35,112 nt of DNA, taken from positions 1 through 35,112 of the forward strand of contig JWZX01003232.1 of assembly GCA_001275005.1 (NCBI GenBank), read 5' to 3'. The translations under genes were made by a program, and so were the position numbers. Positions 26,193 through 35,112 of the stretch are shown piece after piece. This DNA comes from Chrysochromulina tobinii. Lineage: Eukaryota. How positions within the stretch are numbered: position 1 is the stretch's first letter; each line of letters begins with the position of its first letter. Under the pieces are notes generated by a model. That model did no database searches and had not been told where the DNA came from. It saw only the letters and a program-made list of their open reading frames with translations.

Positions 26193-27566
26193 CTAAAGAT
26201 CGTCCAACGCGTCGAGAAACTCGGCCTCGGCTTGGGCTAGCGACTGCGACATCGCGCCCACGGCAGGTGGGATCAATGCTGGGGCGGCGCCGGCTGGCTT
26301 CGCCGGGTCGGGTAGCGAGGCCGTCGGTGCGGCCGATGCTGCAACAGTGGGCGGCTTCTGCGGCAGAGGTTCAGTAGGTGGCTGCAACGCCGCCAAAGGC
26401 GGTACAGCTGGCGTCGCACTCGTCGCCATCGGCTCCCGTACCAGGCCAGCCTTCGCTTGCAGCTGCGCTCGGACGCGCTCCTCCGCCACGGCGCGCTCTG
26501 CCCGGAGCGCCTCGTTGCGCGCGTCCTCCGCGGCGGCGCGGCGGCGCTCCTTGCGCTCCTCAATGTCGCGCCGTGCAGCGTCGCGCATCGACTGCCGCAC
26601 AGCCTCGTCATTCTCGGGCGCGGCCGGCGGCAGGGTGGCGTACGGCTCGAGCGCATCGCCCGCCGGCTGCGGCGACGGCAGCACCTCTCTGGAAGGCAGC
26701 CGGAGTGAAGAGGCAGTTGGATGAGGTGCAGCAGTGCCGAGTGCATCAGCGAGCACACTCTCGCGCATCCCAGTGGCTTCCGTCCATGCCGGCCCGAGCT
26801 TGCTGCAGCTCGGCGCCTTGAATGGCGTGGGCGAGCCAAGGCCGCCTTGCAGCGTCTCTGACTCATCAGACTTCATGAACTCCTCGAAGCGCTTCCGCCG
26901 CTCGGCCGCCCGCTTCTCGCGCAATGTGCAGAGCGCGACGAGCCCGAGTGTAATCAGCGAGATGAGCGTGCCGAGTGTGCCGCTCGTGCCCTCGCCTCCC
27001 GAACCGTCGATGAGGGCGATTAGCGCCTCTGCGAGCGCCACCGACCGGTCGTCCCCCCATTCCTCGAAGATGGAGTAGCCGTTTGCGTCCACGCCAAGGG
27101 CGGTGCTCGAGTTGCGCGGACACTTGTCGTCATACCACGCGGCGCAAGCCTTGCCTTTGTGCCCGAGCATCTTGTGCACGTGCTTGGGCACACAGTACCG
27201 GCTGTCGGCGCACCAGCCGCAGAACTTGCCATTTGCTGCGTGGTTGCAGTCAGTGCACGAGCGCAACTTGGTGCAGTCGCGCTGCTGCCGCGAGCAGTCG
27301 CGTCCAAAGAAGCCTTGAGCACACCGGCACGTGGGTTCCATCATCGGAGGATTCGGTCGCTGGCACTGCCCGTGGCCAGAGCACTCTGGCTTGCCAGGGC
27401 AGTGATTAGGCAGCAGGGGTTTGGGTGGGCTGTGTGTTGCACCATGCAATGTACTGTTGCCCTCATGCTCGCACTCGACTAGGTCGGTGCACGCTGCGGT
27501 GCGCGCGAGTATGAGTGCTCCCGAGAATGAGAGCATGAGCTGTAACCTAAAGACGCGTCTCGCCAT
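26193..27566 (-). CDS. Single-pass membrane protein: signal peptide, EGF-like domain, PSI domain, TM helix, charged/Pro-rich cytoplasmic tail
   Basis: CPGKPECSGHGQC...CRCAQGFFGRDCS (EGF); CTKLRSCTDC...CGWCADSRYCVP...C..WYDDKCP (PSI); TM TLGTLISLITLGLVALCTL followed by basic REKR. Confidence 0.8.
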   Translation of the reverse strand: MARRVFRLQLMLSFSGALILARTAACTDLVECEHEGNSTLHGATHSPPKPLLPNHCPGKPECSGHGQCQRPNPPMMEPTCRCAQGFFGRDCSRQQRDCTKLRSCTDCNHAANGKFCGWCADSRYCVPKHVHKMLGHKGKACAAWYDDKCPRNSSTALGVDANGYSIFEEWGDDRSVALAEALIALIDGSGGEGTSGTLGTLISLITLGLVALCTLREKRAAERRKRFEEFMKSDESETLQGGLGSPTPFKAPSCSKLGPAWTEATGMRESVLADALGTAAPHPTASSLRLPSREVLPSPQPAGDALEPYATLPPAAPENDEAVRQSMRDAARRDIEERKERRRAAAEDARNEALRAERAVAEERVRAQLQAKAGLVREPMATSATPAVPPLAALQPPTEPLPQKPPTVAASAAPTASLPDPAKPAGAAPALIPPAVGAMSQSLAQAEAEFLDALDDL

Positions 27567-27674
27567 CGTGTTCAGATTTCACACGGCCTGGCTCCTGTGA
27601 ACATATTCGGCCGCCTAACCCAGTAGATGTAACACATGATGTACGAGCTGCTGAGAGCTGCTGCGCGTGCGCTC

Positions 27675-28844
27675 CTACCTTGCAGCGCCGCCGCGTACCA
27701 GAGTTTGAGCGCCAGTCTCCCGCCAGCCGTCTGCGGACTCGTCGGACCGTGTTTCTTCATCGGTGTTCTCTCGGGCTGCCATGAGCGGCGTCCCGCTCTC
27801 CGCTTCCGTGCGCATTACGGATGGCGCCACGGGCTCGGGCGAGGTGGCGAACACGTACGCGGAGCTGGCGACAAGGAGTGAGCCCCACGCGAAGCTCACG
27901 GTGAGCTGGAAGTCGAAGAGGACTACGGAGATGAGCGTCCCGATGATCACCGAGCACGCCGTGGTGAAGTTTTTGAGGATGTTGTCGCCGTACTTGATGA
28001 CGGCCGCCACGAGGAGCCCGCCTGTCGCATTGAGCACCACGAGGAGCACAGTTGGCGGATCGAGCACCAGGCCTTGCGCGCGTACAGCGCTCCACTGCCA
28101 GCCGACCGTGGCCGCCGCGATCGGCAGCGTAAAGACGCACAGCTGCACGTTGCGCACCCAGAGTGACGGCGCAGCGGCCTCCGCCTTCTTGACGATTGCC
28201 TCGAAGTAGACGCCCGCGAGCGACGACAGCAACGCCGCGAGTAGAGCCGCGAGAACGCCGAGCATCTCGTGGCGCGAACGACGGGCTTCTGAAGCCAAAT
28301 CTTTGGCTGGCGATGGGCTTCCGCTCCCACTGCTGCCACTGCGACCGCCGCCGCTGGTGCTGCCGTCGGAGAGCTCCACGCAGATGACGCCAAAGGTGAG
28401 CGCGAGGAGCGCGAACCATTGTCGAGGCGTGAGGCGCCGGCCAAGCAGCAGCACAGAGAGCACTGCCGTCAGCAGCAGCTTTGTCTGGTAGAGCACCTGG
28501 AAAATGACAACCTCCAGGTTGCCGAGAGCAACGAAGATGGCGAGGTTCTGGATCGTGTAGAGCACAGCCGGTACGCTGAGCCGTAGGGTGTCCTGCGGAG
28601 AGCTGCAGAGCGCATCGCGCAGCCTCCCGAACGTCGAGGCGGAGCCGAGCCCACCACAGTTTGTAAGCTCAAGGCACATTGACATGAGCAGTTTGAGCGC
28701 CTCCGTGAGGAACACGACAACACACGGGATTGGGCGCGGCGCATCGATGCGTTGCTGTGTGAGCCGCGTGAGCGTCACAGTGGCACAGTGCTCGAAGAGC
28801 AGGATCGCGAGGGTGAACACCGCCACCGGGTGGAGCTTCCGCAT
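27675..28844 (-). CDS. Nucleotide-sugar transporter, SLC35A (UDP-Gal/UDP-GlcNAc/CMP-Sia) family
   Basis: VFLTEALKL, VPAVLYTIQN, FQVLYQTKLLLTA, LGRRLTPRQW, SSLAGVYFE, SLWVRNVQL, GGLLVAAVIKYGDNILKNF. Multiple TM helices. Confidence 0.93.
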   Translation of the reverse strand: MRKLHPVAVFTLAILLFEHCATVTLTRLTQQRIDAPRPIPCVVVFLTEALKLLMSMCLELTNCGGLGSASTFGRLRDALCSSPQDTLRLSVPAVLYTIQNLAIFVALGNLEVVIFQVLYQTKLLLTAVLSVLLLGRRLTPRQWFALLALTFGVICVELSDGSTSGGGRSGSSGSGSPSPAKDLASEARRSRHEMLGVLAALLAALLSSLAGVYFEAIVKKAEAAAPSLWVRNVQLCVFTLPIAAATVGWQWSAVRAQGLVLDPPTVLLVVLNATGGLLVAAVIKYGDNILKNFTTACSVIIGTLISVVLFDFQLTVSFAWGSLLVASSAYVFATSPEPVAPSVMRTEAESGTPLMAARENTDEETRSDESADGWRETGAQTLVRGGAAR

Positions 28845-29123
28845 CTTGCGGCAGGAACATGTAGAAGGCTATTTTTGACACAACTCGTAGAGAACAAATG
28901 AATTGCGCGGGCGGGCGTGAATGAACGTGGCCCGCCTTGTCTGAACTGAGGTACGAAGAACCCCCTCTGGGAACGTGTTTCGTGAATGTTGGATCTGTGC
29001 GTGTTGGTGTGTTGTGAATGAATGTTCGTGTGGGCTTGCTGCTGTTGCGCTTGCGCAAGGGTGCCTAGGCGGTCCGGGTTGGTGAGGAGAGCGCGCGTCG
29101 TGCCTCGCAACCACCGGCGCTGA

Positions 29124-32100
29124 ATGTCGGTCAAGGCGCCCTTGCAATCCATCTTCTCCCACCTCTATCCGGACCCGAACGCAGCGCTCGCTGCGCAGGA
29201 GCCGCCGGTGTCCGAGGCCGATAGCGGTGAGCCTGAGACAAAGGATGCTGCCGCTGAGCCCGTTGGCGGAGATCCCGAGCCGGCTGCGCCGCCCCCCGAA
29301 ACGGCAGACGCATGGGGACAGCAGATAATGGCCATTGAGGGCTCGCTTGCGTCGATGCTCGAGGAGTCGATGCTGGCGGCGGAGCAGCTCAACGTTAAGC
29401 GCACGCTGGCGATGCGCGCCGACATCCAGCGGAACAAGGAGCTTGATTACGACCATGGGCGCGAGCACCGGAAGACGGGGCTTCCCGTCGGCCCATCACT
29501 GCTCGAGACCGACGCAGGGCTGATCGTCCACCACGGGCTGCTGCACGCGCACGAGCTGCTCGTGCAGGTGCAGATGGCGCAGGCGGCGCGCTCGGCAGAG
29601 CCGCAGGGACGCGACCTGATCGCCGAGGAGGCGTCGTCGCGTCCGCCGCCGCACTACATGAAATCGACGGCTAACTTCGATGCGACCTACACGTCCAAGG
29701 GTGCGATCATCTCGACGGTCAAGTCGCTCCGGCAGCTGGCCGTTGCCACCCGCGAGCGCGCGCTCGCTGAGGCCATCGCGAATGGCACGGCCCCGCCGCA
29801 GCGTGACGACGAGGAGCGCGCGCGTGCTCGTGCGAAGGCGGACGCGATGATGAGCATGGACCAGCAGGAGGCCGAGCTCAAGGTTATGCGCCGGCTGCAG
29901 GGCCCGATGGACTTCATCCGCAACCCGCGCTTCGTGCTTCCACCACGTCGGGCGCCTGAAGACGCGCCGCTCGAGCCGCTGCCGGTGCCGCGGCGCAACG
30001 ACTGGATTCACGCCAACCCGGAGAAGGTGCACTTCGTCGCGTATGAGGCGGGCGGCGTGTACGAGCTCCCGGTGCAGCTGCACAACGTGTCGACGCTCTC
30101 GCGCCGTGTGCGCGTGCTGCCGCCCTCGACGAGGTACTTCTCGACGACGCTGCTCTCGTACGGGGCCGAGCACGGCACGATCGCGCCGGGCATGCACGCG
30201 ACCTTCCGCGTGCGCTTCGCGCCCGACTCGCTCGCCGACTACGACGACTTCGTCGTCATCCAGACCGAGAAGGAGTCCTACCCGCTGCCGCTGCACGCGC
30301 GCCGCTCACCGCCGGTGCTGACGCTGCCCTCGGTGCTCCAGTGCGGTTTCGCCTTCGTGGGCGGCACGTCGTCGCTCGACTTTGGTGCGCAGAACACGGG
30401 CGGCGCCGGCCGCTTCTTCGTGCTCGACAAGGCGAAGTGGGACGCGGGCGAGCGCGAGGTGCAGCCCACCCTCTCCATCGGTCCATTCGTCGTCTCGCCC
30501 ACCTTCCTCGACCTGCAACCCATGGACCACTTCCGCGTGACTGTCACGTACTCGCCCGAGGCGCCGGGGCCGTCGACGGCGACGCTGCTGCTCGTGTGCG
30601 ACAACTGCCAGCTCAAGGAGGTGACTCTCTCTGGTTCAGGCTGCGTCGCGCAGCTTAATATCGAGTCCGTCGACGGGCAGCCGCCGCTCACTGAGGACGG
30701 CGGCGCAGCGGCACAGGACCTGTACGACTTTGGCGACGTTGGCGTGCTCACGACCCAAAAGTCGACGGTGCGCGTGACGAACGTGACGCCGCTGCCGCTC
30801 CAGTTCGAGTGGGACCGCTACCTGCTCCCGCCCACGCTCTTTCCATTCTCGCGCCAGCGGGGCGTGCCGCCCGACACCTTCTCGACCGAGCAGCTCGGTC
30901 CACGCGCCGCCGTAGGGGCGAAGCTCCCGTCCGATCCCGTGCAGGAGCAGCTGCTGCGCGAGATGCTCCCGTTCACCATCACGCCGCCCGAGGGCTACCT
31001 GCAGGCGGGCGAGACCACCTCGTTCGAAGTGCATTTTTCGCCCATGCTCGCCGAGCTTGCGGGCGCTGCGGTCGTGCTCCGACCTTGCAACGTGCCCGAG
31101 CGCGCACTTCCCGGCTACAAGGAGCCGGACGGCGCGACCGCGTCCTCGGGCTACGACGACGACGAGGGCGCGCAGATCCTCGAGGTGGGCCTGAAGCTGC
31201 TCGGGCGCGGCACGGGCGCCGACCTCAAGCTCGACCCGCTCGCGCTCGTGCTGCCGGGCGGGACGACCATCCGCACATCGGTCACGCACTCGTTCTCGCT
31301 CTTCAACGACAACGGGGCGGAGCGCACGTGGCGCTGGCTCGAGGCGGACCAGCCGGCCGAGCTCGAGGAGCTCGAGGGTCTCGGTGTTGTGCTCGACCCG
31401 CCGATGGGCACGCTGCCTGCCGAGGCGGGCTCGAGCGTCACCATCACGATGACGCCGCGCGCGCTCGGCAATCTGCAGCGGTACCTCCACTTTGCCGTGA
31501 GTCCTCACGGTCGCACGCTCACGCTCCGGCTCGAGGTCTTCGCTGTCGGACCGCACGTGCACATCAAGACCTCGAAGCTCGACTTTGGGCTGTGCCCGCT
31601 CGGCGACACCAAGTCGCTCACCCTCGAGTTTGAGAACCTGTCGGCGCGCGAGGCCAAGTGGATGCTCGTGCCTGCGCCGCTGCCACGCACGGACCCGAAG
31701 CTCGCGGCGTCGGCCCAAGCGGCGGCCGCCGCGCAGGCGGCCGCGCTCGGGCTGCCGCTTCCGCCGCCGCCGCTCACTTTAACCACGTGGGCCGCGTGGG
31801 ACGAAAAGGCGCGCCAGGGCGACCAGCCACGCATCGAACACGGGATGCTCGATGCGATGCTTCTCGAGGCGCACGCGGCGACCGGCCTGCGCCCCTCGCT
31901 CTGCTGTGGCACCATCGGCGCCCACGAGACGAAGCAGGTGACCGTCACCGTGGATGCCGCGTGCGAGCAGTCGCTGCGCCGGCTGCTCGAGCTCAAGGTG
32001 GAAGACGGCGGCGAGTCGGCACACGTGGCCGCGCGCTCCGAGGTGGTCGCGCGCAAGTGCGCTCTGTCGCCCTCGGCGCATCCGCTCGGCACCACATACG

Positions 32101-34733
32101 TACGCGTGCCTGTGGTGCGCACGCTCACGCTCACCAACCTGACGCGCATCGCCACGAGCTTCGAGTGCGTGCACACGGTGAGCAAAGGCTCGGCCGACGT
32201 GCAGATGGAGCCCGCCTCGGGCGTGCTTGCGCCCGCGGCCAAGCTCACGATCACGGTGACCATCATCTCGGAGACTGACGGTCCGATGAACCTCTTCGCC
32301 GGCTGCGTGCTGCACGGCGGGCGCGCGCGCCCCGTCGGGTGCAAGTTCTCAGCCGAGGTGCAGGGGCTCACTGTCTTCTACGAGTGCCTCTCGCAGTACG
32401 ATGCGCGCCTGGTCGATATGCCGCCCACCATCGAGCCGCCCGAGGACGTGGTCGCCGAGGACGGCGCCGTCGCGGTGCGTCCGCCGCCGGTGTCGCCCCC
32501 GCTGCCCATGATCGACTACGGCGAGGGCGTGCCCATCTTCGAGCAGCGCACGCTGGTGCTCCTCATCACCAACATGTCGGCCGTGCGCACGCGCTACACA
32601 CTGCGCGCTGAGCGCTTCCCAGCGGCGCCGCTGCCGCTTGAGCTCGTTGACCCGCCCGTGCCTGAGGACTACACGCAGACGGCGACCGCGCTCGCCAAGC
32701 TCAAGCAGGCCGACCTGCTCGCCAAGAAGCAGGCCGAGGCCGAGGAGCTGCGTAAGCGACTCACGGGCACAGCGCCGCCCGGGGGGCCGCCACTACCCAA
32801 GCCGCCGGGCACAGGGGCCTCCAAGAAGCCTCCGGGCACTGCGGCCTCGACCAAGTCGCAGCAGCAGCCGCCGGGCACAGCGCAGAGCAAAGGGACGAGC
32901 GCGAGGGGCTCGACGCAGCTCGCCTTCCATCGACCTGTGCTCGGCGACGCGCACGAGCGGCTGCAGCCCTTCTCGTCCGAGAGCGGCACCACCTTCTGTG
33001 CGCAGCGCCAGCTCCGGCGCAGGGAGGACGGGCTGCTTAAGGAGGGGCAGGGCGCGTGCTTCGAGATCTCGCCGTCTGAGGGCACGCTCGAGGCGTGGGC
33101 GCAGCTCGCCATCACCATCTCGGTGCACTCAAACATGTGGGGTCTGTACGACGACACGCTCATCGCCGACGTGCTCGGGCTGCCCGAGGTGCGCATCCCG
33201 CTGCGCGCGGCCGTCGAGGGCTCGCCGATCAAGCTTCACGACGCGACGCTCGGCCTGTCGAACATCACGACGCCGCAGACGCTCTCGTGGGCACCCGTGG
33301 CCCAGGGCGCCGCTCCCGTCAAGAAGACGATCCGCGTGCTCAACAACGGGCCGCTGCCCGCGACGCTCGCGTGGGAAGTGCTCCAGGCGCCCGACCCGGA
33401 GAAGCCGCTCGCCGCGAAGCTCAGGCTCGCCAAGGACGGCAGCGGCCCAATGCTCGAGCTCGACCGCCGTCCGCTGCCGCCATTTGCGAGCCGCGCGTTC
33501 CGTATCACGCCGGCCACCGACGTGCTGCCCGCGGGCGGCGAGCGGCGCTTTGAGGTCGTCTTCGACGCGTCAGCTGAGATGGGCAGCGGCGAGGCCGCCT
33601 TCGAGGCGATGCTCAATGCGGCGCTCACGCATCCGATGCCCGTCACGCTCGCCGATGGCACCGCAACGGACAAGCACCCCGAGCTACGTCTTCGTCTGAG
33701 TGGCCACTCGCTCATTCCGCGCCTCGCTATGTCTGAGCGCTCGAAGCTCAAGTTTAAGGTGTCGCCCACGATGGCGCCCGACGACCCCGCGTACACGCGC
33801 ACGCTCACGCTTACGAACGACTCGAAGACGACGCTCGAGTTCACCCTCGCGATCCCACCGCCATTCGTGCTCGTCGAGGCGCGCTGCTCGATCGCGCAGT
33901 TCAAGATTATGGGCAACAAGCAGGTGGACAACACCTCGCCCTTTTGCCTTCCGCCGCAGTCGTCGCTGCAGGCCGTCATCCGGTACGTGCCGTCCAAGCG
34001 GCGGCGCCGAGGCGGCGACGGCGACGGCGACGACGACGCTCGCTCGGTCGTCTCGACCGCGAAGAGCACGGCCTCGGGCGCCGAGACTGACGGGGGGGGC
34101 GACGAGCACATCGACTTTGCCCTCGATTCGGTGGAAAAGCGCGGCGACGCGCTCAGGATCACATACACCAACGGCTCGTTGCAGAGCTTCCCGCTGCTCG
34201 CGGTCACCACGCGCCCGTACGTCGAAATCTCGCCCGTGCCAGGCGAGATGCGCCCCGGGCGTGGGCAGGTGGTGCACGGCGTGCCGACGATCAAAATGGA
34301 GCCGACGCACCTGTCGCTCATGCCCGTGCGCGAGGTGACCATCCACAACCCGACCGAGGCCGTGTGCGAGTGGACCCTCGTGCACATCCCGTACAAACCG
34401 CCGCCCGCGGCAAGCGCCGCGGGCGCGCGCGAGAAGGCCTTCTTGATCGCCGGCGGCAAGCTGCCCACAGATGACCCGACGGTCTTTGAGTTCTCCACCT
34501 ATGGCGGCACGCTGCCGGCGCGCGCCGGGCTCGTGCCCACGCGCTATCCGCTCTCGGTGCGCTTCAAGCCGAAGGTGCCCGGCACCTACCGGTGCGTCTG
34601 GGCACTCAAGGTGCGCGCGGGCATGACACAGCGCATCGAGGTGAATGCCGAAGCGACCATGCGCGAGGAGGATGTCGAGGTCGTCGTCACCGACAAGCAC
34701 TTGAGGTTGATGCAGATTGGCGAGGTCGCGTGA
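29124..34733 (+). CDS. DLEC1: DLEC1/FAP81-like flagellar central-pair protein (ASH/Hydin-type Ig-like repeats)
   Basis: FIRNPRF, VHFVAYEAGGVYE, SRRVRVLPPSTRYFS, IAPGM...RFAPDSLADYDD, ARRSPPVLTLPSVLQCG, LVCDNCQLKE, NMWGLYDDTL. 1869 aa single ORF of beta-sandwich repeats. Confidence 0.9.
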   Translation: MSVKAPLQSIFSHLYPDPNAALAAQEPPVSEADSGEPETKDAAAEPVGGDPEPAAPPPETADAWGQQIMAIEGSLASMLEESMLAAEQLNVKRTLAMRADIQRNKELDYDHGREHRKTGLPVGPSLLETDAGLIVHHGLLHAHELLVQVQMAQAARSAEPQGRDLIAEEASSRPPPHYMKSTANFDATYTSKGAIISTVKSLRQLAVATRERALAEAIANGTAPPQRDDEERARARAKADAMMSMDQQEAELKVMRRLQGPMDFIRNPRFVLPPRRAPEDAPLEPLPVPRRNDWIHANPEKVHFVAYEAGGVYELPVQLHNVSTLSRRVRVLPPSTRYFSTTLLSYGAEHGTIAPGMHATFRVRFAPDSLADYDDFVVIQTEKESYPLPLHARRSPPVLTLPSVLQCGFAFVGGTSSLDFGAQNTGGAGRFFVLDKAKWDAGEREVQPTLSIGPFVVSPTFLDLQPMDHFRVTVTYSPEAPGPSTATLLLVCDNCQLKEVTLSGSGCVAQLNIESVDGQPPLTEDGGAAAQDLYDFGDVGVLTTQKSTVRVTNVTPLPLQFEWDRYLLPPTLFPFSRQRGVPPDTFSTEQLGPRAAVGAKLPSDPVQEQLLREMLPFTITPPEGYLQAGETTSFEVHFSPMLAELAGAAVVLRPCNVPERALPGYKEPDGATASSGYDDDEGAQILEVGLKLLGRGTGADLKLDPLALVLPGGTTIRTSVTHSFSLFNDNGAERTWRWLEADQPAELEELEGLGVVLDPPMGTLPAEAGSSVTITMTPRALGNLQRYLHFAVSPHGRTLTLRLEVFAVGPHVHIKTSKLDFGLCPLGDTKSLTLEFENLSAREAKWMLVPAPLPRTDPKLAASAQAAAAAQAAALGLPLPPPPLTLTTWAAWDEKARQGDQPRIEHGMLDAMLLEAHAATGLRPSLCCGTIGAHETKQVTVTVDAACEQSLRRLLELKVEDGGESAHVAARSEVVARKCALSPSAHPLGTTYVRVPVVRTLTLTNLTRIATSFECVHTVSKGSADVQMEPASGVLAPAAKLTITVTIISETDGPMNLFAGCVLHGGRARPVGCKFSAEVQGLTVFYECLSQYDARLVDMPPTIEPPEDVVAEDGAVAVRPPPVSPPLPMIDYGEGVPIFEQRTLVLLITNMSAVRTRYTLRAERFPAAPLPLELVDPPVPEDYTQTATALAKLKQADLLAKKQAEAEELRKRLTGTAPPGGPPLPKPPGTGASKKPPGTAASTKSQQQPPGTAQSKGTSARGSTQLAFHRPVLGDAHERLQPFSSESGTTFCAQRQLRRREDGLLKEGQGACFEISPSEGTLEAWAQLAITISVHSNMWGLYDDTLIADVLGLPEVRIPLRAAVEGSPIKLHDATLGLSNITTPQTLSWAPVAQGAAPVKKTIRVLNNGPLPATLAWEVLQAPDPEKPLAAKLRLAKDGSGPMLELDRRPLPPFASRAFRITPATDVLPAGGERRFEVVFDASAEMGSGEAAFEAMLNAALTHPMPVTLADGTATDKHPELRLRLSGHSLIPRLAMSERSKLKFKVSPTMAPDDPAYTRTLTLTNDSKTTLEFTLAIPPPFVLVEARCSIAQFKIMGNKQVDNTSPFCLPPQSSLQAVIRYVPSKRRRRGGDGDGDDDARSVVSTAKSTASGAETDGGGDEHIDFALDSVEKRGDALRITYTNGSLQSFPLLAVTTRPYVEISPVPGEMRPGRGQVVHGVPTIKMEPTHLSLMPVREVTIHNPTEAVCEWTLVHIPYKPPPAASAAGAREKAFLIAGGKLPTDDPTVFEFSTYGGTLPARAGLVPTRYPLSVRFKPKVPGTYRCVWALKVRAGMTQRIEVNAEATMREEDVEVVVTDKHLRLMQIGEVA

Positions 34734-34908
34734 CGCGCGCGAGACAGCGTAGCCAGGGACAGGATCTGGGGTTGGCGCGCGCGCACAGATCACCGTGCTT
34801 CGCTCTGCCGATGCCAGTGATGTCCATGTATATGCTTCTGTGTGGGTGCAGCATGTTGCGACAGGAAGGGTGCGCGAAACGGCTGGCGTGCTCGTCACTC
34901 AGGGGAAA

Positions 34909-35112
34909 TTAACTACTATGTTTGCACCGCAACCGTGCCGAAGAACGGAAGAAGTGACATGAATTGCCCTCTACTAGTACGGCGCGCGCGCGCGCGCTGA
35001 GGATGACGTCGACGTGTGCGAGTTTCTGCCGCGCGCCCTGAAGCACCAACAGCTCCGCTCCTTGCACGTCAAATTTGGCCATTGTGAAGCGCACACCCGG
35101 CGCATGCTCTGC
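34909..35112 (-). CDS. FkbM-family methyltransferase, partial (5' part outside window; 3' end uncertain)
   Basis: KFDVQGAELLVLQGARQKL.HVDVIL matches the FkbM KxDVxGxE motif. Frame is open to the window edge. Confidence 0.7.
   Translation of the reverse strand, partial: AEHAPGVRFTMAKFDVQGAELLVLQGARQKLAHVDVILSARARAVLVEGNSCHFFRSSARLRCKHSS

Noticed and set aside
1847..28844. Glycosylation gene cluster (HPAT + nucleotide-sugar transporter + FkbM)
   Set aside because: Separated by more than 20 kb of unrelated housekeeping genes; no evidence of functional clustering.
34830..34997. GC-AG intron after VDVIL in the FkbM-like gene (GCGCGC run to CACACAG)
   Set aside because: The downstream candidate exon gives no recognisable FkbM continuation; cannot be supported without transcripts.

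Overview
Compact, GC-rich, almost intron-free eukaryotic nuclear DNA, most likely from a flagellated alga with a complex red-derived plastid (haptophyte-like; inference). Recognisable genes in order: plastid-targeted FtsZ (-), hydroxyproline O-arabinosyltransferase-like protein with an unannotated repeated C-terminal module (-), YjbQ/UPF0047 (+), class-3 lipase (+), mitochondrial uS9 (-), a decayed NACHT-WD40 (NLR-like) pseudogene (+), a large EB1-type CH-domain coiled-coil protein (-), single-exon GCN1 (-), RPL10A (+), an EGF+PSI single-pass membrane protein (-), an SLC35A-type nucleotide-sugar transporter (-), DLEC1/FAP81 (+) and the 3' part of an FkbM-type methyltransferase (-). The most unusual signal is a set of roughly 170-550 bp segments (about 1-280, 6849-7104, 10610-10850, 24240-24410, 25585-26130). 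Their oligonucleotide composition is the mirror image of the host: they look host-like only when reversed without complementing, or complemented without reversing. In one case, reversing 256 bp gives a sensible lipase C-terminus. A data or assembly artefact is the leading explanation. There is also an antisense tropomodulin-like LRR relic under the lipase 5' end.
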